This document shows, piece after piece, positions 10,427 to 21,146 of a stretch of 35,691 bases of DNA (positions within the stretch are counted from its first letter, which is position 1; each line of letters starts with the position of its first letter). Source of the stretch: an uncultured Nitrososphaeraceae archaeon (GTDB lineage: Archaea; Thermoproteota; Nitrososphaeria; Nitrososphaerales; Nitrososphaeraceae). The position numbers were made by a program, and so were the translations under genes. The stretch covers positions 1 to 35,691 of the forward strand of contig CAWGVG010000011.1 of the NCBI GenBank assembly GCA_963825865.1, read 5' to 3'. Below the pieces are notes generated by a model that searched no databases, was not told where the DNA came from, and was given only the letters and a program-made list of their open reading frames with translations.

Positions 10427-10886
10427 AGAGGAAAAGGGATTAACCAAGGATGTTAGATTAGCGCTGCTGACCAAGACAGAGAAAGAATGGTTACAAGGAA
10501 ACGCTCACTTATCTTATGCTTATCAACGAAAAATAAAGAGCGATATAAAGAAAAAGCTTCAAACCTTCCAAGAATTTGAACTGCCGTTACTTTTGGAGAA
10601 AGGCCTTATTTCTTCAAGTACCGATGTTACTCCTAATTGTAACTATGTTACAGCTAATTGTAACGCCGTTACAACAGGTAGTAATGCCAAAACGCCCAAT
10701 TCTCCCTCCTTTTTACAAAACAAGGAAGCCTTGGCCGGGATTCGATCCCGGGACCTTTGCCTTACCAAGGCAACGCTCTACCAGGCTGAGCTACCAAGGC
10801 ACCAAGACCAAGGATTGAACATGAATACAAGGGTTTCATTAAGGTATCTCCTTACGCTTTTTGTAACGTTTAATTACAGTATCTAG
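10416..10886 (+). CDS. Hypothetical protein whose 3' part runs antisense through tRNA-Thr
   Basis: The N-terminal part is helical and protein-like (LLTKTEKEWLQG...KIKSDIKKKLQTFQEFELPLL). The C-terminal part is the antisense translation of the tRNA. Confidence 0.5.
   Translation: MRVKEEKGLTKDVRLALLTKTEKEWLQGNAHLSYAYQRKIKSDIKKKLQTFQEFELPLLLEKGLISSSTDVTPNCNYVTANCNAVTTGSNAKTPNSPSFLQNKEALAGIRSRDLCLTKATLYQAELPRHQDQGLNMNTRVSLRYLLTLFVTFNYSI
10626..10688. repeat. Three tandem 21-bp units, each a GTTAC-N8-GTAAY palindrome
   Basis: gttactcctaattgtaactat / gttacagctaattgtaacgcc / gttacaacaggtagtaatgcc. Confidence 0.85.
10727..10800 (-). tRNA. tRNA-Thr(GGT), no intron
   Basis: Reverse complement GCCTTGG TA GCTC AGCCTGGTA GAGC G TTGCC TT GGT AA GGCAA AGGTC CCGGG ATCGAAT CCCGG CCAAGGC T forms a full cloverleaf. 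Confidence 0.97.
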
Positions 10887-10906
10887 AATTAAATCGGTTT
10901 GCTGAG

Positions 10907-11028
10907 GCGGGGGTTGTAGAGCCTGGCCAAATAGGTAAAATAAAGAAAATTGGAGACGCGGGACTTAAGATCTCAAATGGGTGATCCCGTCCCTTAGGGG
11001 TTCGTGGGTTCGAATCCCACCCCCCGCA
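10907..11028 (+). tRNA. tRNA-Leu(TAA) with two introns: 10933-10955 in the D-arm (about 23/24) and 10970-10983 (37/38)
   Basis: The spliced product GCGGGGG TT GTAG AGCCTGGCCAA ATAC G CGGGA CT TAA GA TCCCG TCCCTTAGGGGTTC GTGGG TTCGAAT CCCAC CCCCCGC A is a class II cloverleaf. Central helices of the splice motifs are CCAA/TTGG and CTTA/TGGG. Confidence 0.93.
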
Positions 11029-11035
11029 CACGTTT

Positions 11036-11674
11036 TTATTTATACTGACTTATCTTGGAATCCATTACTGTTTTGATAAACTGTCTGTGAAGTCTATCAT
11101 CCCCAGATAATTCTGGATGGAAGGAGGTACCAAAAATGTTCTTTTGTTTTACTGCAACAATTTTATTATTAAATGTGGCTATTACCTCTACTCCATTTCC
11201 TACTTCTCTTACAACAGGAGATCTGATAAAGACACCTTTGAAGTTATCCTTACCCAGAAATGGCATTTGAAGATCAACCTCAAACGAATCGTTCTGTCTT
11301 CCAAATGCATTTCGTTCGACAACAATATCCAAATTACCCATTAATTGTTGCTTTGTTTCGCCTACTACTCTGTCATATGCATGTTTTGAAAGCATAATCA
11401 TTCCAGCACAAGTTCCCATTACAGGCATACCATTAGACACAAGTCTTTTGATGGTCTGGAGTACCCCTCCTTGTATTGCAACTAGAATACTAATTACAGA
11501 GCTTTCACCTCCGGGTATGATTAAACTATCAACTTTTTCAATCTCTTCAGAATAGCGAACAGGTTCTACGCTGCCTCTTACTCCCATATGTTTTAATGTG
11601 TCCTTACTAGCCGCTATGTTTTCCTCAATATCACCTTGAACCCCCAATACTCCGATTATAATTTCATTTTTCAA
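11036..11674 (-). CDS. pdxT: PLP synthase glutaminase subunit
   Basis: [29 protein letters not shown] and FHPEL motifs. Confidence 0.97.
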   Translation of the reverse strand: MKNEIIIGVLGVQGDIEENIAASKDTLKHMGVRGSVEPVRYSEEIEKVDSLIIPGGESSVISILVAIQGGVLQTIKRLVSNGMPVMGTCAGMIMLSKHAYDRVVGETKQQLMGNLDIVVERNAFGRQNDSFEVDLQMPFLGKDNFKGVFIRSPVVREVGNGVEVIATFNNKIVAVKQKNIFGTSFHPELSGDDRLHRQFIKTVMDSKISQYK

Positions 11675-12642
11675 GTAGAGGGTCCTCGTTCCTGCATTTT
11701 TAATTCGAGATTCTTCGTGTCAAGTCCAAGCATAGATTTTTTCTCGTCAACCATCTTTTGTGCCTCAACAACGATCTTTGGATTATCATAATATGTGGTG
11801 GCAAGTACTATTGCTCTTGCCCGCTGAGCAGCATCATCTGATTTGAAAATACCAGAACCAACAAATATGCCATCACATCCAAGGTTCATAAGAAATGCTG
11901 CATCAGCAGGAGTAGATATTCCACCTGCGGCAAAATTTACTATAGGTAGTCGGCCTAGACGTGCGGTCTCTTCAACCAATGAGAAAGAAACTTTCAGTTC
12001 CCTTGCCACTTTTATTAATTCTTGATTATCATGATCTTGATAGATTGAGCGGATCCTGCGAACCTGATTATTTAGCATCTTAATATGGGTAACGGCTTCG
12101 GCAACATTTCCTGTTCCTGGTTCACCCTTTGTTCTAATCATGGCACATCCTTCCTCAATTCTTCTTAAAGCTTCGTCAAGGTTTTTTGCACCATTGACAA
12201 ATGGTGTAGTATAATCCCATTTCCAAATGTGTCGTTCTTCATCTGCAGGAGTCAAAACTTCGCTTTCGTCTATCATATCTACGCCTGTTGTTTCCAAAAC
12301 TTTAGCTTCTGAAACATGACCAATTCTGCACTTTGCCATTATAGGAATGGTAACAGCATCCATAATCTCCTTGATTACCATAACGTTAGCAGTTCTAGCA
12401 ACGCCTCCGGCCTTTCTTACATCGTATGGTAATTTATCTAAAACCATAACAGCAACTGCGCCAGCATCTTCGGCGATTTGTGCTTGTTCGACATTGGTAA
12501 CATCCATAATCGCTCCATGTTTTTGCATATGTGCAAAACCACGTTTGACCAAAGTAGTTCCTCGAACGACATGGGTATTTTCAATGGTTGTGAAGGTCAT
12601 GCCCTTAGATTCAAGTTCAGTAGGCACAATAGATATTGTCAT
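11671..12642 (-). CDS. pdxS: PLP synthase lyase subunit
   Basis: [46 protein letters not shown] and [13 protein letters not shown] motifs. It overlaps pdxT by 4 nt. Confidence 0.98.
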   Translation of the reverse strand: MTISIVPTELESKGMTFTTIENTHVVRGTTLVKRGFAHMQKHGAIMDVTNVEQAQIAEDAGAVAVMVLDKLPYDVRKAGGVARTANVMVIKEIMDAVTIPIMAKCRIGHVSEAKVLETTGVDMIDESEVLTPADEERHIWKWDYTTPFVNGAKNLDEALRRIEEGCAMIRTKGEPGTGNVAEAVTHIKMLNNQVRRIRSIYQDHDNQELIKVARELKVSFSLVEETARLGRLPIVNFAAGGISTPADAAFLMNLGCDGIFVGSGIFKSDDAAQRARAIVLATTYYDNPKIVVEAQKMVDEKKSMLGLDTKNLELKMQERGPST

Positions 12643-13337
12643 CGATCTCAGTTCTTAGAATGCTTTATTTAGATATTAATTTTTCTTATTACTTTGAATT
12701 TTGAAATTACGATAACTTGTGACGCAAGAGTTTTCACGATAAGATAAGCTTTCCATTGCAAAAATTCGAATCTATTCAAGGAAATATTTCTATTCATTAC
12801 CTAACTTAATTTTTGGAAAATATTTTGTAGGGCATAGTGTTTTAGATATTTGTATAAATCAGTGTCTGGTAAAGCTTTGGCTGTTTGATGTTGAAAAATT
12901 ATTAACTTCCACTTCTTTGTAGTAGATTTGTAAAAGTCAAATATAATTATCGGAATATCGAGATTGCAGATTACCAAAATTTTTCGAATAATAAAGGAGT
13001 CGGCATCGTTATTATTTTTAATTCCTATTATTGTTATATTCAGTATCTTTCTTTTTGTTAGAACAGGTTTTATTTCAAAATAATAATAATAATAAATAGT
13101 ACGACGGGTTATTATGCTTATTTCGGTAATAACGCATAACAACTGCGATATCAACTAGCTACAAAATTAGATTATTAGCTTTCTATAATATGGGCAACAT
13201 CTTTTACCATTTTTTCTTAAATATACTGCATCAGCAATGTAAATGTTACCCAAAATCCCTCAAATCAATATCTGTGATCAGATGATATGTGTGTAAAGTA
13301 TAATAAGTTTAAAGGGAACACAGTACATTGCACTAGG

Positions 13338-13490
13338 TTGGCAGATAACATTAGAAAAGCAAGTGGCGAGGGGACCAGTTGTGATTATTGTGGAAATCCA
13401 ATAGAGGCCTGTATGTGTGTATGCCCTTATTGCGGCGAGACAGACACATGCGAGTGTTGCCTGTATGATGCCGCAACAGGCGGCGGTTAG
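13338..13490 (+). CDS. 50-aa Cys-rich metal-binding microprotein
   Basis: TTG start about 25-30 nt after TTTAAA. Sequence ...CDYCGNPIEACMCVCPYCGETDTCECCLYDAATGGG* has 9 Cys. Confidence 0.75.
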   Translation: MADNIRKASGEGTSCDYCGNPIEACMCVCPYCGETDTCECCLYDAATGGG

Positions 13491-13572
13491 CAGATAGAAT
13501 ATAGAGTTCAGACTAAATTTTCTTTTAATTCTAAAGCAATAAAAGAAGGAAGAGACCCGACTAGTTTTAACG

Positions 13573-15531
13573 ATGACCGAATCAAAAATCGCAAATTCAT
13601 TAACATGGGTTATAGGAGGAGCACAGGGAAGCGGCGTTGATTCTGCGGCCAATATTTTCTCTAAAGCTTGCTCAAATGGCGGATTACATATTTTTGGTAA
13701 ACGAGAATATTATTCTAATATCAAAGGTGAACACAGTTATTTTACTGTAAGAGTATCAGACAATCAAATTCATTCGCATGTTGACGATATTGATATACTT
13801 GTTTCTTTTGATGCTGAAACAATATTTAGGCATGGAGATAAGGTAACAAAAGGGGGAGCGATAATTTATGATTCAGATTCCGCCAAAACAACTATTCAAG
13901 AAGTTCCAACTCTAGATGATTATGCTTGTGTAAGAATTACCAGAATGCTAGAAGAGGCCCATAAACCAGTGACTGTTCAAGGCATGTTGGATTACGCTAA
14001 GGATAAGGGAACTATCCTCTACCAGATTCCATATTTTCAAATACTCAAAGAATTCTCAGAAAAGGTTAATGACCATTCCCTGAGCAAACTTACAAGAATG
14101 ATTAACGTGATGGCATTATCAGCCTCAATGGCGATTTTAGATTTTGATACTGGCGTACTGGCTAAAGCAATCAAATATGTCTTTAAAACAAAACCAAAGA
14201 TTGCTGACATCAATATAGGCAGCAGCAAATTATTCCTATAACTATATAAAATCTAAATATGATGAAACAGGCTTCAAATTTAAGCTCACATGTAACAAAC
14301 CATCTTCAGATATAATTCTTGTGCAGGGAAATCAATCCTCCGCAATGGGAAAGATAGTAGCAGGATGCAGATTCCAGACATATTATCCTATAACACCTGC
14401 AAGCGACGACAGTGAGTTTTTAGAGTCTAATCAGATAATAGAACAGGCCTATGACGGCAGAAAAGGCTCGATATTAGTTATCCAAACTGAAGATGAAATA
14501 GCCGCAATAACGATGGCAATAGGCGGAGCTTTGACTGGGTGTACGTTCAGCCACTGCTACTTCAGGTCCTGGTTTTTCTTTAATGGCTGAGGCACTCGGC
14601 TGGGCAGGAATAAACGAAGTTCCAGTCGTAGTCTCATTATATCAGCGTGCTGGTCCATCCACAGGTCTTCCAACTAGGCACGAACAAGGTGATTTGATGT
14701 TTGCTATTAATTGTGGACACGGAGAATTTCCAAAAATTGTTTTTGCTTCTGGTGATATTCAAGAAAGTTTCTATGATACTATAAAGGTATTCAATTTTGC
14801 TGAAAAATATCAGCTGCCTGTCATACATGTGCTCGATAAGGCGATCGCAAACAGTCTCACGACATGTAAGATTTTCGATCAACGCAGTATCAACATAGAC
14901 AGAGGACAATTATTAGAAAATGTTCCCCAATTTGCTGAAACTGGAACTGCTGGCAATTACCGAAGATTCAAGCTGGATGTAAATCCAATTTCACCTCGTA
15001 TCGCTCTTGGCAAAGAAAATGGAATTTTCTGGAATACAGGAGACGAGCATACTGAAGAAGGCCATATCACAGAAGATCCAGACAATAGGATTAAAATGAT
15101 GAATAAGCGAATGAGCAAGTTGGATGTTGCTTTAAAGGAAATACCCGATGAAGACAAAGCAAAAGCATATGGTCAAGATGATCCATCAGGTGGCATTACA
15201 ATCGTAAGTTGGGGATCTACCAAGGGAGCAATTCTAGATGCAATGGATAGGTTAGTAGCAGAAGGAAAAAAGGTCAAGTTTATTCAAATTAGATTAATGC
15301 ATCCATTTCCCTCTGCATTAATAGAAAAAATGCTAGTTAATAGCAAGGTTTTGGTAGATATTGAAATGAATTATACTTCCCAACTGGGAGTTCTCATAAA
15401 GCAGAATTTGAGCTGCAACATCGACTATAGAATTGTCAAATATAATGGTAGGCCAATGTCGTCGAGTGAAGTTTATAACGCTTTAATGAGTATAATCAAT
15501 GGAAATGCTAAAAGGAGAATTGTTTTAGAGC

Positions 15532-15542
<11 letters not shown>
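13573..15542 (+). CDS. korA: 2-oxoacid:ferredoxin oxidoreductase alpha subunit (gamma-alpha fusion); +1 frameshifts near 14220 and 14538
   Basis: IGGAQGSGVD, EYYSNIKGEHS, YYPITPASD, QTEDEIAA, ATSGPGFSLM, QRAGPSTGLPT and WGSTKG motifs across three frames. Confidence 0.93.
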
Positions 15543-16501
<959 letters not shown>

Positions 16502-16721
16502 ATCATGTCAATTTCTAGTCTTTCCGACAAAACGCCTATGATATGATGTTATGCTCATGACGACAGAGATAGATCTTTTCCAATAAACACATTTTCTTTG
16601 TAATTAAGAACTAAATGATTTTAAGGGTACATCACCTTTCAGCAATGATTCTCTCCTAATAATTACTAATCAACTTAAAATGATAAGAAAAAAGAGAAAG
16701 AAAATTTGGGAGATTTTTCAG

Positions 16722-17373
16722 TTAGTCCCACTTGCTCCATGCGGCCATCCATCTATACGTCCACGTGTTCAGTTTTGCACCTAACGCTGCCTATAGGGAC
16801 AGTTAGCACCGCGCCCGCACCTGAACCCAATGCTACAGGACTGTTGTAGAATTTACCGACCTGAGGCTCTATAGGTGTCATATAGGGAGGAAGTGTAGGT
16901 CTTGGATACTTGAACGCGACCTCGAGAGGATCCCTTACCAGCAATAGGTTTATCATGTTGAACATTGGGAGCGATAGACCAATCAAGGTTCCGCCAATAA
17001 TTATGGCAGCATGCTTATTTCGTCTAGTAGCCCAATACGTAAGGTCTAACAACATTGCTGATGGTATCCATACTGGTGTCGTAACGAAATCATATGGGTA
17101 CCCTAATGCAAACCATGCACCCTTAGCAACCCACGTATAGATTGTCATAATGGTTGCATAGTATGTAGCGGTTCCTGGAACCCCTGTAAAGAGCATATAA
17201 TAGATAGCTCCTACCGCAAGCATAGTCGATTGTGAAATCGAAAATACGACAAATGAAGTCCAAGCCCAGTCAGTATAGAAGATGTAGTCTCCTGCGTTAA
17301 TAGTCAGCAGAGTACTATTTACGGCAACTACAACTATGAACAGATAGTGTGTTGTTCGTCTAAGCCAGACCAT
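16722..17373 (-). CDS. amoA: Archaeal ammonia monooxygenase subunit A; one extra base near 16790
   Basis: Starts MVWLRRTTHYLFIVVVAVNSTLLTINAGDYIFYTDW. Removing one G restores ...VPIAALGAKLNTWTYRWMAAWSKWD* (216 aa). Confidence 0.98.
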
Positions 17374-17452
17374 TACCAACCTACTCTATGATGCTATATA
17401 TAAAATTTTATTTCAGGTATTCTTATCATTTGTAAGCGGTAAAATACATATG

Positions 17453-17465
17453 TATGACTGTCATA
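17453..17465. promoter_or_regulatory. Palindrome TATGActgTCATA upstream of amoA (candidate operator)
   Basis: A perfect 6-1-6 inverted repeat about 55 nt upstream of the amoA TATA. The same core occurs upstream of amoB. Confidence 0.35.
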
Positions 17466-17567
17466 TTCCTCACATCTGAATAATTCATCTGAATACTTAA
17501 TCACTCTTGAGGCATAGATATCTAGGAAAAATCAAGTTATAATAAAAAATAAGATAGAAGAAGGTGC

Positions 17568-17861
17568 TTATGCACGAACTGGTTTTTCTGTTGCAATCTT
17601 CATCATGAAAAAGAATCCCAGTGCTTCAATTACTGTCAGAACAGACAGCGCATACATGCCACTTGGCAATGGATATGCCCATGGATAGATTGTTACACCT
17701 ACATAAATTCCACCTGCAGTGGCTACCCAGCATAGTATAAACCCCATTATGAGGATACCTTTCATATTTTCAACTCTACGGCCAATCATTTTCTCTACAT
17801 CGTCTCGACTACCGCCACTGCCGCCAGTACCACCCTTGCCATACCCTTTAGGTAAAGTCAT
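17568..17861 (-). CDS. amoX: Ammonia monooxygenase subunit X
   Basis: MTLPKGYGKGG...DVEKMIGRRVENMKG followed by two TM helices (YPWAYPLPSG), in the canonical position between amoA and amoC. Confidence 0.92.
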   Translation of the reverse strand: MTLPKGYGKGGTGGSGGSRDDVEKMIGRRVENMKGILIMGFILCWVATAGGIYVGVTIYPWAYPLPSGMYALSVLTVIEALGFFFMMKIATEKPVRA

Positions 17862-18114
17862 CAAATATACATCAAAACATGCCCTTTTAAATTTTGCTGT
17901 TAAGGCGATTATTTCTGATAATGCTGGAATGAAAAGTTGCTATTGTTAAATTGGATGCTCTAAGAGGGTTTTGTATGATTGCTGCGAAATAGCGTGTCAT
18001 AATTTATGTATTCAAACAATTAATAAGACAAAAGTTAACTTGTAAGAATAATAAAAAAAGAGAAAAGAGGAGGGTCTAAACCCAAAAGACCTATTTTGCA
18101 ACGTCTCTTTATTT

Positions 18115-18678
18115 CTATGGGATAGATCTGCTATACAACTTGCCTTCCAATGCTAGCTTGTACATTTCGGCTACGTATGGATTCTTTGCTGGTGTTTCTG
18201 CACCCAATTCTACCAGACGCGCATAAACCCTTACTACATATGCAAGAGCGCCCATGAAAGCCACAACGACTCCCATGTTAAACATCCAGTGATTAGGGAC
18301 TGAAAATATTTCCTCTACGAACCAGAAATGCCACAATTCATTGACTCCAATTGTAAACATAGTTGCCAAGTAACCGATGATGGTTATCTTCAGACCGGTA
18401 TTCATAGAGTTGTTGGGACCTCTAAGAATTGGTACTTTTCTGTCATACATCGCCACAAATCCCCATCCTAATGGAAGAGCTACAAAGTGGCTGTATAACC
18501 ACCAGTGTGCTGGAGTGAATGCACTGTCACGAATAGCAGTTTGATGCAGTGATCCATCAACAAAGTTATCTACCTCTACCGATGCTGCAATTGAACCTAG
18601 CATTATAACCATAATGTAGATCTTCTTCAGTCGTTGGATTTCGACTTCTTTTGGTATCAGTGCTGGCATCTGTGCCAT
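18115..18678 (-). CDS. amoC: Ammonia monooxygenase subunit C
   Basis: MAQMPALIPKEVEIQRLKK, VDNFVDGSLHQ, FTPAHWWLYSH, NELWHFWFVEEIFSVPNHW. Confidence 0.98.
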   Translation of the reverse strand: MAQMPALIPKEVEIQRLKKIYIMVIMLGSIAASVEVDNFVDGSLHQTAIRDSAFTPAHWWLYSHFVALPLGWGFVAMYDRKVPILRGPNNSMNTGLKITIIGYLATMFTIGVNELWHFWFVEEIFSVPNHWMFNMGVVVAFMGALAYVVRVYARLVELGAETPAKNPYVAEMYKLALEGKLYSRSIP

Positions 18679-18849
18679 ATTGTTCAATTGTTACCTTGTT
18701 GAAGTGATATAAATAGGGTTGTCTAGATAATTGGCTCTAATCGATGTAATTAATTTTAAATATTAATATTAATATTATATTACCTACATGTTATTATTGA
18801 TTTGTTATGAATATGATAACAGTATATTAGTACATCAGTAATGCTAATC

Positions 18850-18868
18850 ACATATGATAATCATATGT
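18850..18868. promoter_or_regulatory. Perfect 9-1-9 palindrome ACATATGAT-A-ATCATATGT in the amoC/amoB divergent promoter region
   Basis: Seen directly in the sequence, about 20 nt upstream of the amoB TATA-like AAAATATATAT. Confidence 0.4.
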
Positions 18869-18931
18869 TGTTCTATATTCCCATAGTAAAATATATATCT
18901 TTGTTCCTGCTGGTAAGGATAGTATAGCAAT

Positions 18932-19489
18932 ATGATAAATAGCAGGACATTCTTTGTGATCGGTCTAGTGGCGGTCATGGTATTGTCTACAGCATTTGCG
19001 TTCCTGCCAGTCGCAGAGGGACATGGTGTACAAGCACAGCTACAAAGTAGATTCGTAAAAATTGCCGATGAATCATTTTCGGCTCAAACGGTTCATACCG
19101 GTGATACAATTACAGTCAAGGGCACACTGCAAAGCCTAGTCAATAGACCTCTTAGAGCATGGTTATCGTTATTTAGTGAATCAACCAATGCAGGCAATAG
19201 ATGGGAATTTATTGCTAGGGATCCACCAGGAAACATATTTGACATTCCACCTCAAGGAACGATCCCATACTCCATTACAGCAAAAGCATTAGAGCCTGGT
19301 ATCTACCATGTACATACACAGCTTAATATAGAGCACATAGGTCCAGGTCTGGGTCCAGGACAAACCGTTCAAGTAACTGGCGAACCAATCTATAAACCGG
19401 TACCATGGGGAAATGTAGTATATCAGTGTATTCTGATTGGCGCAGGCCTTGGTGTAACATTCGCTACAAGACCATGGCAAGTCATCTAA
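18932..19489 (+). CDS. amoB: Ammonia monooxygenase subunit B
   Basis: Signal peptide followed by HGVQAQLQSRFV, GNRWEF, the YHVHTQL copper-site histidines and a C-terminal TM ending TRPWQVI. Confidence 0.98.
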   Translation: MINSRTFFVIGLVAVMVLSTAFAFLPVAEGHGVQAQLQSRFVKIADESFSAQTVHTGDTITVKGTLQSLVNRPLRAWLSLFSESTNAGNRWEFIARDPPGNIFDIPPQGTIPYSITAKALEPGIYHVHTQLNIEHIGPGLGPGQTVQVTGEPIYKPVPWGNVVYQCILIGAGLGVTFATRPWQVI

Positions 19490-20045
19490 AAAAAGCGGAA
19501 AACTAAATCTCATTTTTCTTTTACTTTTTGACGACCTAAAAGCCATATCATTTCAATACTTATTTTTCCTAGATAATATCACAAAATGTTTATGATGCAT
19601 TTCATTTCAATACTATACCTCTACAATACATGGCACAATATAACAAAACCGCTTCAACTCAGATAGTTGGAAATAAGATGAAATGCATAAAGATATGCTC
19701 AGCTACTTGTCAGGCATTTGAATATATTATTCTCTTATAGTCCCACATATTATTAGGTTTCACATAATTTGTATTTGTAAAGTATTATTATATATATAAA
19801 ATATCAAAAATCTGCCTCAGTAAATTCTTGATTTCTTCGCTTTAGAACCCTTTAATTTCCTTCTCTGACACGATTTGTCGAAAGGAGCAGAGCTTTTCCC
19901 TTGAGATCTATTTGGCCTCTTGCAGTTTTGATGTTTGATATACCTTATGTGTAAAATATCCTAAATCAAAAAAAATTGTAGAAAAATATAAAAACAAAGA
20001 AAAGTGGCTATAGACTTTTTCTTCCTTTAGTACGCCAGATCTGAG

Positions 20046-20330
20046 TTACCAATGGTGTTTTTCATCTGGAATTAGACCAATCTGTTCACGTTCAAAGTAC
20101 CTTTCCAATTCTTGTGTCCATTTTTCCTTCGCAGAACCCCCACCAAGACCCTTTCTTCGTAGCCAGAACGCAATGACACTTAACAAGAACACTGCGAACA
20201 GCATAGTACCGAAGATATAGACCATTACGTCGTAGAACAGAGGGTCATATGCTGGTCCAATCTGCCCAATCAGACTTTTGAATGCAATACTAACCATTGC
20301 CGCAAGGCTTAGGATATCGATCATTATCAT
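20046..20330 (-). CDS. amoY: Probable ammonia monooxygenase subunit Y
   Basis: A small TM protein (GPAYDPLFYDVMVYIFGTMLFAVFLLSVIAFWLRRKG...) next to amoB and adjacent to the amoZ-like gene. The start was chosen from the TATA position. The assignment rests on synteny and recalled similarity. Confidence 0.7.
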   Translation of the reverse strand: MIMIDILSLAAMVSIAFKSLIGQIGPAYDPLFYDVMVYIFGTMLFAVFLLSVIAFWLRRKGLGGGSAKEKWTQELERYFEREQIGLIPDEKHHW

Positions 20331-20529
20331 ATACAGCAAATAAAATTCTATGATATATACATTTTGGTCTGTCATTTCCCGTTTCTCTCCAGTAAATCAG
20401 AACAAACCCTCTACATCGATGATTAGAGTTATCAAAGCACATTAACAGTATAATAAATAAAAAAATAATCTAAAATAAATAAAATATTTGAAAATCCCAT
20501 AAAACAAAAAATGTAGTAGATAGATAGAT

Positions 20530-20851
20530 TTAAGTGGTTGCTTTTGTCTTTGCGCCGCTTCTGCTCTTTACAAAGAATGCTCCTGCAACGCCACCAAAGA
20601 TCGCTACTATGACTGCAATAAAGATTGTTGTTTCATTAATATTAGTTCCAAGCATTGGTGTACCAGAACCGTATGCCCCCGCTTGTCTTGCGTTATTGAC
20701 TTTCGCTTTTGCCAGCTTTAGTTGCTCTTCAATGTTGCCTCCGGTGGTGCCGCCATATTGTGCAGTCGCTATGTGAATTACTGGTAATGCAAATGCAGAC
20801 CCTAGCAGAACAACTAGTGCTCGCCACAGCCATAACAATCGGCTTATTCAT
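20530..20851 (-). CDS. amoZ: Probable ammonia monooxygenase subunit Z; +1 frameshift near 20821
   Basis: ATG 20851 reads MNKPIVMAVA and joins ALVVLLGSAFALPVIHIATA|QYGG...EEQLKLAK...GAYGSGTPML plus a TM helix (IFGGVAGAFFV) if one base is removed. It has a signal peptide and a C-terminal TM. Confidence 0.75.
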
Positions 20852-21146
20852 ATTAATCTAACCTTTCGATTTCAATTATTTAATCTTTATGTTTGACCAT
20901 TTTTTCCTTATCATCGGATTGAACTGATTTATATTACATTTGCCCGTGTAGGCTGATTTAGAATGTGCATTATTTGGCTCAATCAAGTGACGTAGTCCGT
21001 CCATCCTTCATGTTGGTACGTCTTTGGTAGTCAGACATTTTAATATGCAGATGGAGACGATATCGTCTAGTTACATACATAATCATTAATCTGGCGTTAA
21101 AGCAGCAATATTTGTTTGAAAGCTGCATATACAAAGCGTATCAAAG

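Noticed and set aside
10626-10688. Possible CRISPR array
   Set aside because: The units are contiguous 21-mers with no spacers, and there are no cas genes.
10737-10747. tRNA-Thr T-loop ATCGAAT instead of TTCGAAT
   Set aside because: A54 variants are recalled in thaumarchaeal tRNAs and the stems are perfect, so this is not a pseudogene.
12801-13154. 117-aa minus-strand ORF
   Set aside because: Low-complexity, AT-rich translation (YYYYYF, Ile-rich) with no recognisable motif. Probably spurious.
16722-16800. amoA as a true pseudogene or programmed frameshift
   Set aside because: There is no slippery sequence, the rest of the gene is fully conserved, and the same +1 pattern affects many unrelated core genes.
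19540-19950. amoB-amoY gap with CATTTCAATACT twice, an ATGCATTTCAT/ATGAAATGCAT inverted repeat and a stop-interrupted minus-strand frame
   Set aside because: Short AT-rich matches are expected by chance and the peptide is unrecognisable.
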